32,000 nucleotides of DNA, from assembly GCF_009557235.1 (NCBI RefSeq), contig NZ_CP045650.1, positions 1,350,001-1,382,000 on the forward strand, given 5' to 3'. The DNA is from Acinetobacter wanghuae (GTDB lineage Bacteria > Pseudomonadota > Gammaproteobacteria > Pseudomonadales > Moraxellaceae). The position numbers and the translations under genes were made by a program. Below are positions 13,661 through 22,519 of the stretch, piece by piece; the stretch's first letter is position 1, and every line of letters begins with the position of its first letter. Below the pieces are notes generated by a model. The model did no database searches. It had not been told where the DNA came from and was given only the letters and a program-made list of their open reading frames with translations.

Positions 13661-13870
13661 ATGACATTTAACAATAAATTTATCGCGACAAGTGCAGATG
13701 GTAGTGAGATCAAGGGGGATGCCAAGGTATCCCCAGTGAATGAGGATGGGAAACTAGAGAGAGTACCTCGCTCTGTAACTTTTGAGATTAGCGTTGATGT
13801 TGACGAGAACTCAGAATTCATTCATCCGCAAGATGGAAAAAAGTATAAAGTAAAGTTTAGTGATATTTAA
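13661..13870 (+). CDS. Small acidic hypothetical protein (69 aa), moron-like unit
   Basis: AAGGAAG lies upstream. It is preceded by a 40-nt AT-rich gap and followed directly by a terminator. Confidence 0.6.
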   Translation: MTFNNKFIATSADGSEIKGDAKVSPVNEDGKLERVPRSVTFEISVDVDENSEFIHPQDGKKYKVKFSDI

Positions 13871-13871
13871 C

Positions 13872-13897
13872 AAAGACCTCCTTCGGGAGGTTTTTTA
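13872..13897 (+). terminator. Intrinsic terminator
   Basis: ACCTCC, loop TTCG, GGAGGT, followed by TTTTT. Confidence 0.75.
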
Positions 13898-13910
13898 ATG
13901 GCTGAAGATT

Positions 13911-14570
13911 ATGAAAAGACCATATCCACCAATCCAAGATAATCAAAACACAGATGTTGAAGATGATGAATTTATTGAAAGCGGTGGTCTGCTTCACTTC
14001 GAGCCTGCAAACAATGATTTATGGCCGTGGATCCGAGAAACCTTTCTTGAATCATGGGGGAAACTCCACAATCCAGATCATGAGCACCTATTAAGCTTTC
14101 AGCCTCCTGAGATTTCATTCTTATGGGCTTACTCAACATGCAAGGCTAAAGGTCGTCGTGTATTGGGCCAGACTGAAAAACTCATGATTAATGTGGGTGG
14201 ATGGAAAAAGAACCGGCAGGAAGTTCAACTGATTGAATGGTTCGGCGACGTGCCTAAATACATCATCACATTGGATGCTCGTGTGTGCCAGGTGATGAGT
14301 GATGTAGATTTCTGCGCATTGGTAGAGCATGAGCTTTATCACATTGGGCAAGAGCGAAATGAAGAAGGTGAATTAATGTGGAGTGCTTCCACTGGTCTGC
14401 CAAAGCTTTATTTACGTGGTCACGATGTTGAAGAATTCCATGGTGTAGTCCAGCGTTACGGTGCATCACCAGATGTCCAAAAAATGGTAGAGCTTGCAAA
14501 TGATGGTCCAACTATATCTCGGGCTAATATTGCTCATGCATGCGGTACGTGTTTATTGAAGTTGGCTTAA
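13911..14570 (+). CDS. Putative phage metallopeptidase (HExxH)
   Basis: HELYH is present in ALVEHELYHIGQERNEEGE. The size and the position just upstream of the terminase genes match the putative phage metallopeptidase family as I recall it. Confidence 0.6.
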   Translation: MKRPYPPIQDNQNTDVEDDEFIESGGLLHFEPANNDLWPWIRETFLESWGKLHNPDHEHLLSFQPPEISFLWAYSTCKAKGRRVLGQTEKLMINVGGWKKNRQEVQLIEWFGDVPKYIITLDARVCQVMSDVDFCALVEHELYHIGQERNEEGELMWSASTGLPKLYLRGHDVEEFHGVVQRYGASPDVQKMVELANDGPTISRANIAHACGTCLLKLA

Positions 14571-14614
14571 TTTTTTGCCTGCTTTGTACGACGTAGAACG
14601 ACAAAGAGGTGGGT

Positions 14615-15142
14615 ATGGCGGCACTTAAAGAGCCTGTAAAAATCTTTATAGTCCAGTCGCTTGCTTGCTTTGAAACCCCTCAACAAGTAGCCGATGCGGT
14701 AGAAGAAATATATAAGATCAAGATTGATCGTAAGCAATGTCACAGCTACGACCCAACAAAGTATGCTGGTCGAAATCTAAGTAAAAAATTAAAAGACCTT
14801 TTTGAGCGAACTCGAAAGGATTTTAAAGAAAACATCGAAGACATTCCGATTGCTAACAAAGCCTTTCACTTTAAAGAACTCCAAAAGATGTATGACGATT
14901 GGGGTAAGAACAAGGTCATGCGTCAGAACGTGCTTAAACAAGCACAAGGATTACTGCAGTCAGGTAAAAGTGCTGGTCCAAGTGGCTTGTCTGAGAAAGA
15001 ACAGATTGAAATTGATATTAAGCGTTTAGAGCTTGAGAAACTGCAAAAAGAAGTAAGACCTCTTGCAACTCGACCTCCAGGGGAAGATTACAAAATCAGC
15101 CTAAATCCTGATGAGGAAATTCCAAGTGAGCCAATTCTTTAA
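14615..15142 (+). CDS. terS: DUF2280-type protein; probable small terminase subunit
   Basis: N-terminus ALKEPVKIFIVQSLACFETPQQVADAV... It lies immediately upstream of, and overlaps, TerL. ATG 14615 follows AGAGG (the track start at 14609 is GTG). Confidence 0.6.
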   Translation: MAALKEPVKIFIVQSLACFETPQQVADAVEEIYKIKIDRKQCHSYDPTKYAGRNLSKKLKDLFERTRKDFKENIEDIPIANKAFHFKELQKMYDDWGKNKVMRQNVLKQAQGLLQSGKSAGPSGLSEKEQIEIDIKRLELEKLQKEVRPLATRPPGEDYKISLNPDEEIPSEPIL

Positions 15143-16457
15143 TCCGCCTGACGGTGCTGTAAAACTCACACCTAAGCAAGCCAATATCTATTTATGGGGT
15201 TGGCAAAAAAACGCACGTTTTCGCGATGCTGTTTGTGGTCGTCGTTTCGGCAAAACATTTCTTGCTAAAGCTGAAATGCGTCGAGCTGCACGATTAGCCG
15301 CAAAATGGAATGTTTCAGTTGAGGATGAGATTTGGTACTCAGCGCCAACATTTAAACAAGCTAAACGTGTTTTTTGGAAACGACTAAAGCAAGCAATTCC
15401 ACCATCTTGGCGCGCAGGTAAGCCGAACGAAACTGAATGCACAATCACACTGAAAAGCGGTCATGTTATTCGTGTTGTCGGCTTAGATAACTACGATGAC
15501 TTGCGTGGTAGTGGTTTATTTTTCCTGATCATTGATGAATGGGCAGACTGTAAGTGGGCTGCATGGGAAGAAGTCCTACGCCCAATGCTGTCAACATGCA
15601 AATACATTGTGAATGGTGAGCAGCGTGTTGGTGGTCATGTCCTAAGGATTGGTACACCGAAAGGCTTTAACCATTGCTATGACACTTTCATGGATGGTCA
15701 GCCAGGACATGAGCCAGATTGCCGTAGCTTTTCCTATACATCATTGCAAGGCGGCAATATTCCTGAATCGGAAATCATTGTTGCCAAGCGCAAGATGGAC
15801 CCGAAAACATTCAGTCAGGAATATGAAGCCAGTTTTGAAAGCTATCAGGGCGTTATTTATTACTGCTACAACCGTGTTTTAAACGCATCCACGGAAACCG
15901 TCCAGCCAAATGACACTCTGCACATTGGTATGGACTTCAACGTTACTAAGATGTCAGCGGTTGTATATGTCCGTCGTGGCGACACCATGCATGCTGTGGA
16001 TGAGTTTGTTGATCTATTTGACACGCCAGCAATGATTGAAGCGATTAAAGAGCGCTATCCAAAGCATTCAATTGGAGTTTATCCAGATGCTTCGGGTGAT
16101 AATCGGAAGTCTGTGGGTGCAAGTTACACAGATATCTCTTTGCTTAAAAATGCAGGGTTTAATGTTTTTGTTAATACAACAAACCCAGCCGTAAAGGACC
16201 GCATCAACTCTACAAACGGAATGTTGTGCAATACCTTGGGCTCGAGAAGATTGTTCGTTAATACAGATAAGTGTCCACGATTTGCTAAATGCCTAGAACG
16301 ACAAATCTATGATGACCATGGTCAGCCGGATAAGAAGGCGGGCTTTGACCATATGAACGACTCAGGCACATACCCAATTGCCTACTTATTCCCGATTAAA
16401 ATTAAACAAGATCCAATAGAAATCAATCCAATCCCAACCATCAATCGTTGGAATTAA
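15111..16457 (+). CDS. terL: Terminase large subunit
   Basis: Walker A-like CGRRFGKTF and Walker B-like LFFLIIDEW, with a C-terminal nuclease-type region. An alternative start is GTG 15126, preceded by GAGGAA. Confidence 0.88.
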   Translation: MRKFQVSQFFNPPDGAVKLTPKQANIYLWGWQKNARFRDAVCGRRFGKTFLAKAEMRRAARLAAKWNVSVEDEIWYSAPTFKQAKRVFWKRLKQAIPPSWRAGKPNETECTITLKSGHVIRVVGLDNYDDLRGSGLFFLIIDEWADCKWAAWEEVLRPMLSTCKYIVNGEQRVGGHVLRIGTPKGFNHCYDTFMDGQPGHEPDCRSFSYTSLQGGNIPESEIIVAKRKMDPKTFSQEYEASFESYQGVIYYCYNRVLNASTETVQPNDTLHIGMDFNVTKMSAVVYVRRGDTMHAVDEFVDLFDTPAMIEAIKERYPKHSIGVYPDASGDNRKSVGASYTDISLLKNAGFNVFVNTTNPAVKDRINSTNGMLCNTLGSRRLFVNTDKCPRFAKCLERQIYDDHGQPDKKAGFDHMNDSGTYPIAYLFPIKIKQDPIEINPIPTINRWN

Positions 16458-16470
16458 ATGGAGTCAAGTT

Positions 16471-18546
16471 GTGACTGATAAAGACAATCAACTTGCCCAC
16501 ATCCATTCACTCGCAAAGCGACAATTCGACAAAGCCCAATGTGCTGTAGCTAATGAGCGTAAACAGTGCCTGGAAGATCGTCGTTTTTATTCTATTGCAG
16601 GTGCACAGTGGGAGGGCAAGCTCGGCGAGCAGTTTGAAAATAAGCCTAAATTTGAAGTCAACAAGATTCACTTGGCTGTTATTCGCATTATCAATGAGTA
16701 TCGAAATAACCGCATTGGTGTGAACTTCATTAGCAAAGATGGTTCAGCAAGCGATGATCTGGCTGATACCTGTGCAAAGCTTTACCGGGCAGATGAGCAG
16801 GATTCGTCAGCAGAAGAAGCGTATGACAATGCGTTTGAGGAAGCTGTCGGCGGTGGCTTTGGTGCGTGGCGTCTTCGTGCGACGTATGAAGATGAGGATG
16901 ATGAAGAAAATGAGCAACAGCGAATCAGGATTGAACCAATCTTTGATGCCGACTCATGCGTGTTCTTTGACCCAGATTCGAAGCGCCAAGATAAAGCTGA
17001 TGCACGTTATTGCTTTGTTTTAACTGCAATGACCTGTGATGCCTATGAAGAAGAATACGGTGAGCATCCAGCATCCTGGAATAAAGACATCACGGCCAGT
17101 CAGTTTGATTGGTCCACAACCGACTCGGTTTATGTTGCTGAGTATTACCGTGTTGAGAAAGTTAAAGAGAAGGTTTTCACATACCGACTCATTGATGGAT
17201 CTGAAGAGCGCCATAGCAAAGAAAAACTTGATAGTGATCCAAGCATTCTTGAGGAGCTGGAAGCAACAGGCGCTCAAGAGGTTCGATCTCGCACCATTGA
17301 ACGCAAGCGCATTCGCAAGATTCTTATGTCTGGCGGTCGTGTTCTTGAAGATTATGGCTTTATCGCTGGTCGACACATCCCCATTGTGCCTGTCTATGGC
17401 AAGCGCTGGTACATCGATAATATGGAGCGCTGCATGGGCCATGTCCGGCTCTGTAAAGATGCTCAGCGACTGAAGAACATGCAGTTGTCTAAGCTTGGTG
17501 AGCTTAGCGCCATGTCCAGTGTTGAGAAGCCTATTCTTGCACCGGAGCAGGTTGCTGGTGTTCAACATATGTGGGCTCAAGACAACATTGAGAACTTCCC
17601 GTATTTGCTTGCACACCCGCTTAAAGACGCAATGGGTAATGTAGTAGCACAAGGGCCGGTTGCATACACCAAGCCGCCAAATATCCCGCCAGCAATGGGC
17701 GCTTTACTTCAGGTTACCGAGCAGGATTTATCAGACATTCTGGGTAATCAAGATTCTGGCGACGAGATGCAATCCAATATGAGTGGTGTTGCGGTCGAGC
17801 TGATTCAAAACCGTTTAGACATGCAGTCTTTCATCTACATTTCAAACTTCGCTAAAGGCGTGCGTCGCTCTGGTGAAATCTGGTTGTCTATGGCATCTGA
17901 GTTGTATGTCGAAGATGGCCGAAAGATGAAGGTGGTTGGTAATCAAGAAGAGGTCGACTCAATTGAATTGTTTAAGCCAATTTATAACGAAGCATCTGGT
18001 GAAGTTGAGCGTGCAAACGATTTAACCAAAGCTAGGTTTGATGTTGCGATTGATATTGGCCCGACATCATCCAGCAAGCGATCTGCCACTGTGCGCTCAT
18101 TGACAAACATGCTGCCACTCATGGGTGATCCAATGGACCAGCAAGTGCTCGGCTCCATGATCATGATGAATATGGAAGGCGAGGGTGTTAATGAGGTCCG
18201 TGAGTATTACCGCAAGAAACTGTTGCGATTGGGTGTTGTAGAGCCAACTAAAGAAGAAGCTCAGCAACTCGCACAAGAAGCCCAAAATCAACAGCCTGAT
18301 GCAAATACGCTGTATCTGCAATCCGAAGCTGAAAAGAATAAATCACTCGCAATCAAGGCGCAGGCAGACACTGAACTTGCGATAGCAAGAGCAGAAGAAA
18401 CCAAAGCCAAAGCAATCGATTTAATGACACGCCTAGATATGGATGAGCGACAAGCAGTGCTTGAAGCAATCGGCCAGCTAGGTACGCAACCACAACAGGC
18501 AACCGTTCAGCCTACACAGAACGAGGAAATGCAATATGTCAATTGA
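16471..18546 (+). CDS. Portal protein (P22-type)
   Basis: 691 aa directly after TerL, with a long helical Gln/Ala/Glu-rich C-terminal barrel-like tail. GTG start with GGAG 7 nt upstream. Confidence 0.85.
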   Translation: MTDKDNQLAHIHSLAKRQFDKAQCAVANERKQCLEDRRFYSIAGAQWEGKLGEQFENKPKFEVNKIHLAVIRIINEYRNNRIGVNFISKDGSASDDLADTCAKLYRADEQDSSAEEAYDNAFEEAVGGGFGAWRLRATYEDEDDEENEQQRIRIEPIFDADSCVFFDPDSKRQDKADARYCFVLTAMTCDAYEEEYGEHPASWNKDITASQFDWSTTDSVYVAEYYRVEKVKEKVFTYRLIDGSEERHSKEKLDSDPSILEELEATGAQEVRSRTIERKRIRKILMSGGRVLEDYGFIAGRHIPIVPVYGKRWYIDNMERCMGHVRLCKDAQRLKNMQLSKLGELSAMSSVEKPILAPEQVAGVQHMWAQDNIENFPYLLAHPLKDAMGNVVAQGPVAYTKPPNIPPAMGALLQVTEQDLSDILGNQDSGDEMQSNMSGVAVELIQNRLDMQSFIYISNFAKGVRRSGEIWLSMASELYVEDGRKMKVVGNQEEVDSIELFKPIYNEASGEVERANDLTKARFDVAIDIGPTSSSKRSATVRSLTNMLPLMGDPMDQQVLGSMIMMNMEGEGVNEVREYYRKKLLRLGVVEPTKEEAQQLAQEAQNQQPDANTLYLQSEAEKNKSLAIKAQADTELAIARAEETKAKAIDLMTRLDMDERQAVLEAIGQLGTQPQQATVQPTQNEEMQYVN

Positions 18547-19430
18547 AGACCTGCGCACAGAACTGGATGAAGAAGACAACATCGACCCGATTGAAGACAA
18601 TCAGGGAGATGAAAGTCAGGAAAATTCAGAAAGAAACCCAAGACGATGAAACAAGCCAATCAGATGATGAGACGTCGGATGATGAAGAGTTTGTCATTAC
18701 GGTAGGTGATGAAGAACCGGAACCATCCGATGAGGATGATTTTAGCGGCAAGCCAGCACCAACATGGGTAAAAGAACTTCGCAAAAAAGAGCGGGAAGCA
18801 CGAAAACGCATCAAAGAGCTAGAGGCTCAGGTGCAACAGGCTAAACCAACTGAAAAACCAATTGAAGTTGGGGCCAAACCAAAACTTTCCGACTTTGATT
18901 ATGACGAAGATCAATTTGAAAGCGCAGTTGAACAATGGCATGAGCGCAAACGCCAAGTTGAACAGCAGCAGGCAGTAAAGCGTGCTGAAGAAGAGAAGGC
19001 ACAACAAACTTGGCAAAGCAAAATGCAAAGCTATGAGGAGCGTCGTCAAACTGTGGCAGCCAAAGTCCGTGACTTTGAGGAAGTAGAAGAGGCCGCAAAA
19101 GACAAGCTCACCCCGACACAGCAGGGCATTTTAATTCATGCAGCGGAAAACCCCGAGTTGATCATGTATCACCTGGGCAAACATCCAAATAAAGCAAAAG
19201 AACTGGCTGAGATTACAGATCCAATTCAATTTGCTTTTGCTGCTGCCAAACTGGATTCTCAAATGAAAATTCAAACACGTAAGCCATCAACTCAGCCGGA
19301 GCGCAAACCTAGTGGCTCGGCTGGATTGGCTGGTGCAGTAGACCAGAAGTTAGCGCAACTCGAAGCGAAAGCAGCGAAAACCGGCGATCGCACTGAACTA
19401 ATTAAGTACAAAAAATCTCTACAGAAATAA
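18543..19430 (+). CDS. Scaffolding protein, highly charged and helical; 5' end uncertain (apparent frameshift, see findings)
   Basis: It lies between portal and coat, with an acidic N-region and Lys/Glu/Ala/Gln helices. In-frame ATGs are at 18567 and 18609. A better-supported ATG at 18536 is in another frame. Confidence 0.7.
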   Translation: MKTCAQNWMKKTTSTRLKTIREMKVRKIQKETQDDETSQSDDETSDDEEFVITVGDEEPEPSDEDDFSGKPAPTWVKELRKKEREARKRIKELEAQVQQAKPTEKPIEVGAKPKLSDFDYDEDQFESAVEQWHERKRQVEQQQAVKRAEEEKAQQTWQSKMQSYEERRQTVAAKVRDFEEVEEAAKDKLTPTQQGILIHAAENPELIMYHLGKHPNKAKELAEITDPIQFAFAAAKLDSQMKIQTRKPSTQPERKPSGSAGLAGAVDQKLAQLEAKAAKTGDRTELIKYKKSLQK

Positions 19431-19441
19431 GGTGAATACTT

Positions 19442-20704
19442 ATGGCTACAAGCTTTACTAAACAAGAACAGGTCATGTTTGATGATGTGATCGAAGGTTT
19501 TGAAGACCTACTTGTTATTGCAAAAGGGGCTGAACTTTACGACCCAATGACTGCTCAAGAAGCGGTGAATGCGCGTGATAAGTTCTGGATCCCTGCACCA
19601 ATGATCGGTGCGTCTTACGATGGTTTCGACCAGACTGCCAATTTTGACGGACTGACTCAGTTAAACGTTCCGGCATCAATTGGTTATCACAAATCAGTAC
19701 CTAAAACCCTTTCCTCTAAAAACCTGCGTAATGCTTATGCGATGGATCAATTTGGTAAAGCAGCAAAACAAAAGCTTGCCTCTGATGTGAATACCGCATT
19801 GTTCCGTACTGCAGCGCTGTTTGGCTCTATCGTGTCAAAGCGTACCGGTGCAGCAACCGGTTATGATGATGTTGCTGACATTGATACTCGCATGACGCGT
19901 ATTGGCGTTCCTGCTGATGGTCGTATGGCGTTCTATTCACCTTCAGCTATGAATGCAATGGCGGGTAATTTAGCGAGCCGCTCTGAAGATACTGCGCGCT
20001 CTAAAAATGCTTATGAAAAAGCCATGATTCGTCATGATGTGGCTGGTTTTGAAGTGTTTAAAAACGATCAGGAAGTTCGTTTAACTGCGGCAGCTGGTGG
20101 TGCTACAACTGTGAATGGTGCAAACCAGCGCACCATTCCGGCCGCAACCACAACTTCAGCAGGTCTCGAAGAAAACAAAGACAATCGTTATACAGATCTG
20201 GTTGTAACTGCAGTTGGCTATGCCGACATTCAAGTTGGCGATGCTTTCACTATTGCGGGCGTGAATGAGGTTCACTTGATCACCAAGCAAGACACCGGAT
20301 CGCTTAAAACCTTCCGTGTGGTGGACAAGCCGGCAGCAAACACACTTCGTATTTATCCTGCGATTATCGACCCAACTGAGGGCTCTATCGCTTCAAAAGA
20401 ATATGCGAACGTGACCAATGCCCCGGCGACTGGCGCAGCATTGACTTGGTTGAATACTGTTGCTGCACCACTTAACCCATTCTTCCGCAAAGAAAGCCTG
20501 ATCTTGATTCCGGGTACTTTTGCTGTTGAAGCGGACGACGGCTGGCAGGTAATGCGTGCGACTACTGATCTTGGTATCGGTATCACATACACCCGCCAAG
20601 GCAACATCAACGACCTTTCATGTAAAGCGCGTTGGGATATTGACTTCGGTACTGCACTGCTCAACCCAGAAATGGCTGGCGTTCAGTTGTTCAATCAAAC
20701 CTAA
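19442..20704 (+). CDS. Major capsid (coat) protein, P22 gp5-like
   Basis: 420 aa after the scaffold gene, followed by a strong hairpin terminator. Confidence 0.85.
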   Translation: MATSFTKQEQVMFDDVIEGFEDLLVIAKGAELYDPMTAQEAVNARDKFWIPAPMIGASYDGFDQTANFDGLTQLNVPASIGYHKSVPKTLSSKNLRNAYAMDQFGKAAKQKLASDVNTALFRTAALFGSIVSKRTGAATGYDDVADIDTRMTRIGVPADGRMAFYSPSAMNAMAGNLASRSEDTARSKNAYEKAMIRHDVAGFEVFKNDQEVRLTAAAGGATTVNGANQRTIPAATTTSAGLEENKDNRYTDLVVTAVGYADIQVGDAFTIAGVNEVHLITKQDTGSLKTFRVVDKPAANTLRIYPAIIDPTEGSIASKEYANVTNAPATGAALTWLNTVAAPLNPFFRKESLILIPGTFAVEADDGWQVMRATTDLGIGITYTRQGNINDLSCKARWDIDFGTALLNPEMAGVQLFNQT

Positions 20705-20712
20705 TAAAAAAC

Positions 20713-20754
20713 ATGACGACAAATGCCCGCTATATGCGGGCGTCGTCATTTTTG
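20713..20754 (+). terminator. Intrinsic terminator after the coat gene
   Basis: ATGACGAC...GCCCGC-TATAT-GCGGGC-GTCGTCAT forms a composite stem, followed by TTTTT. Confidence 0.75.
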
Positions 20755-20765
20755 GAGTAGTGAAA

Positions 20766-21191
20766 ATGTCCGATTATCCAAAAATGCTCTACAAGGGCGA
20801 CCAGAAAAACTTTGAAAACTCTACCGCTCACGACGATATCGAAGAGCAGGTATTGCGTGATAGCGGATGGGTTGATTACATCGACTTGCCTGAACGTGAA
20901 CCAGTTACTGGTGGTTCAGTTTCTGGAATTGATTCATCTGCATTCGTATCGGTAGAGCAGTTTGATGCGCTAACTGAAGAAAACACCAAGCTCAAAGAAG
21001 AACTGGTTGAAGCCTTAAAAGAAAACCAAAAGCTACGCAAGCAGATCCGATTTAAGGAATTGGAAGACAAGCCAGCGGATGAGCTTAAAGCCATTCTTGA
21101 TGGTGCTGAAATCAAATACAAAGCCAATGCCGGAAAGCCTGAATTAGCGCAGTTGGTGCTGGATCATGAGTCTCAAGCTCCCAAAAAATAA
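20766..21191 (+). CDS. Hypothetical virion-module protein (141 aa) with a coiled-coil and a HeH/SAP-like C-terminus
   Basis: ATG 20766 follows GGAG. The track ORF 20556.. extends back into the coat gene and the terminator, so the extension is rejected. Confidence 0.65.
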   Translation: MSDYPKMLYKGDQKNFENSTAHDDIEEQVLRDSGWVDYIDLPEREPVTGGSVSGIDSSAFVSVEQFDALTEENTKLKEELVEALKENQKLRKQIRFKELEDKPADELKAILDGAEIKYKANAGKPELAQLVLDHESQAPKK

Positions 21192-21209
21192 CATTTGATG
21201 AGGGTAGGT

Positions 21210-21587
21210 ATGGCTAAAAATAAAGATGTAGCGAAATGGTATGAAACCCCATTTCAGCATATGCGCTATACGCTTGTTAAAAATCAAAAGCAAATGAATA
21301 TTGCCTTAAAATGCATTGATAAAAAAAAGAAAATTGTTTTTCTAGATGGCGGTGCATCAGCAAGGGTGAATTTCTTTGACGATGATTCAGCCATTGTCCA
21401 AATTGGCAATCAAGAACACTGGTCTCTTAATGCGGTTCATGGTCTTTTGTTGCACGAAGCGCAGCATATTTGGCAAGAGTTGCGCAAAAAGATGGGGGAG
21501 GAAAACCCTGGCTCCGAGTTTGAGGCGTATTCGGTTCAACGTATTGCTCAAGATCTTTTTGATATGTATGACGAAAGTAAGGAGTAG
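21210..21587 (+). CDS. Small HExxH protein (125 aa); putative minimal metalloprotease-like protein
   Basis: HEAQH is present in GLLLHEAQHIWQEL, with a downstream Glu (SEFEAY). ATG 21210 follows GAGGG. Confidence 0.55.
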   Translation: MAKNKDVAKWYETPFQHMRYTLVKNQKQMNIALKCIDKKKKIVFLDGGASARVNFFDDDSAIVQIGNQEHWSLNAVHGLLLHEAQHIWQELRKKMGEENPGSEFEAYSVQRIAQDLFDMYDESKE

Positions 21588-21589
21588 CT

Positions 21590-22072
21590 ATGTCCTGGAC
21601 TAAAAGACAAATTGTTGAGCAGGCACTTGAGGAACTAGGACTTGCATCTTATGTGTTTGATATGCAGCCAGAGCAGGTTGAAAGCGCTAAACGCAAGCTC
21701 GATTCAATGATGGCGCTATGGGATAGCAAAGACATTCGTTTTGGCTACCCATTGTCAGGTGATGCCAATAGTGGTGACTTGGATCAGGAAACCTTTATCC
21801 CGGATTATGCGGTTGAGGCGATTGTTCTGAATTTAGCAATCCGATTGGCTGGCGCATTCGGAAAGGTGGTTCCAGTCGAAACCAAGGCTATGGCTAAAGA
21901 CGCTTTTGAAACCATTCAATTGGCAATGCTGAGCAATCCACCGCGTGTGCAGCTTGATCCATCGTTACCGCGTGGCGCTGGACACAAATCAACATGTCAC
22001 CCATTTATCGAAAAGACATGCACCAAAACCGTTTTTGCACCAGATACATCAGTGAGTTTTTCCAATGAATAA
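21590..22072 (+). CDS. Head-completion / tail adaptor protein, P22 gp4-like
   Basis: The N-terminus QIVEQALEELGLASYVFDMQPEQVESAKRKLDSMMALW parallels P22 gp4 [40 protein letters not shown]. Confidence 0.7.
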   Translation: MSWTKRQIVEQALEELGLASYVFDMQPEQVESAKRKLDSMMALWDSKDIRFGYPLSGDANSGDLDQETFIPDYAVEAIVLNLAIRLAGAFGKVVPVETKAMAKDAFETIQLAMLSNPPRVQLDPSLPRGAGHKSTCHPFIEKTCTKTVFAPDTSVSFSNE

Positions 22073-22517
22073 ACGATTAAATATTACGGATCGCATTGGT
22101 CCAAATGATTCAGTTGTGCTCTGGAGTGCAAACAATCAAGATTTTCGTGGTGTACCGGTTGATTTGCTGGTTGAAAAAATTCAGGAAGGCATTAAGAAAG
22201 TTGATTACCCGCCAATCAATATTCAGCACTTCAACCCAAATGCAGATTTTACGCTGGATATAGAAAATCATGAAGTTGGCACGTACTTGATCCTCAATCC
22301 ATCTGTAAGCATTACGACCGGATCAATCAAGATGCCTGAGCGTTACGATGTTGCAGATGGGCAGGTCTTACTGGTTGCTTGTGCTCAGCAAGTGGATAAC
22401 TTCTCTGTCGATGGAAACAATGCACTTGTCATTGGTGCGCCTAATGCCTTGGCAGCAAATGGTTTCTTTAAACTGAAGTACGACAAGCTTTCAAATACTT
22501 GGTATCGAGTGGGGTAA
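22065..22517 (+). CDS. Hypothetical virion-module protein (150 aa)
   Basis: The ORF overlaps the gp4-like stop. There is no P22 counterpart at this position. Confidence 0.6.
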   Translation: MNKRLNITDRIGPNDSVVLWSANNQDFRGVPVDLLVEKIQEGIKKVDYPPINIQHFNPNADFTLDIENHEVGTYLILNPSVSITTGSIKMPERYDVADGQVLLVACAQQVDNFSVDGNNALVIGAPNALAANGFFKLKYDKLSNTWYRVG

Positions 22518-22519
22518 AT

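Noticed and set aside
17020-17652. 210-aa minus-strand ORF, plus several alternative-frame ORFs inside the portal gene (16739-17023 and 17036-17473)
   Set aside because: They are fully nested in the 691-aa portal ORF, which has clear family character. Their products are low-complexity or hydrophobic noise typical of off-frame translation.
20556-20765. N-terminal extension of the 211-aa track ORF overlapping the end of the coat gene
   Set aside because: The extension reads through the coat 3' end and the terminator hairpin. The internal ATG at 20766 has a GGAG SD.
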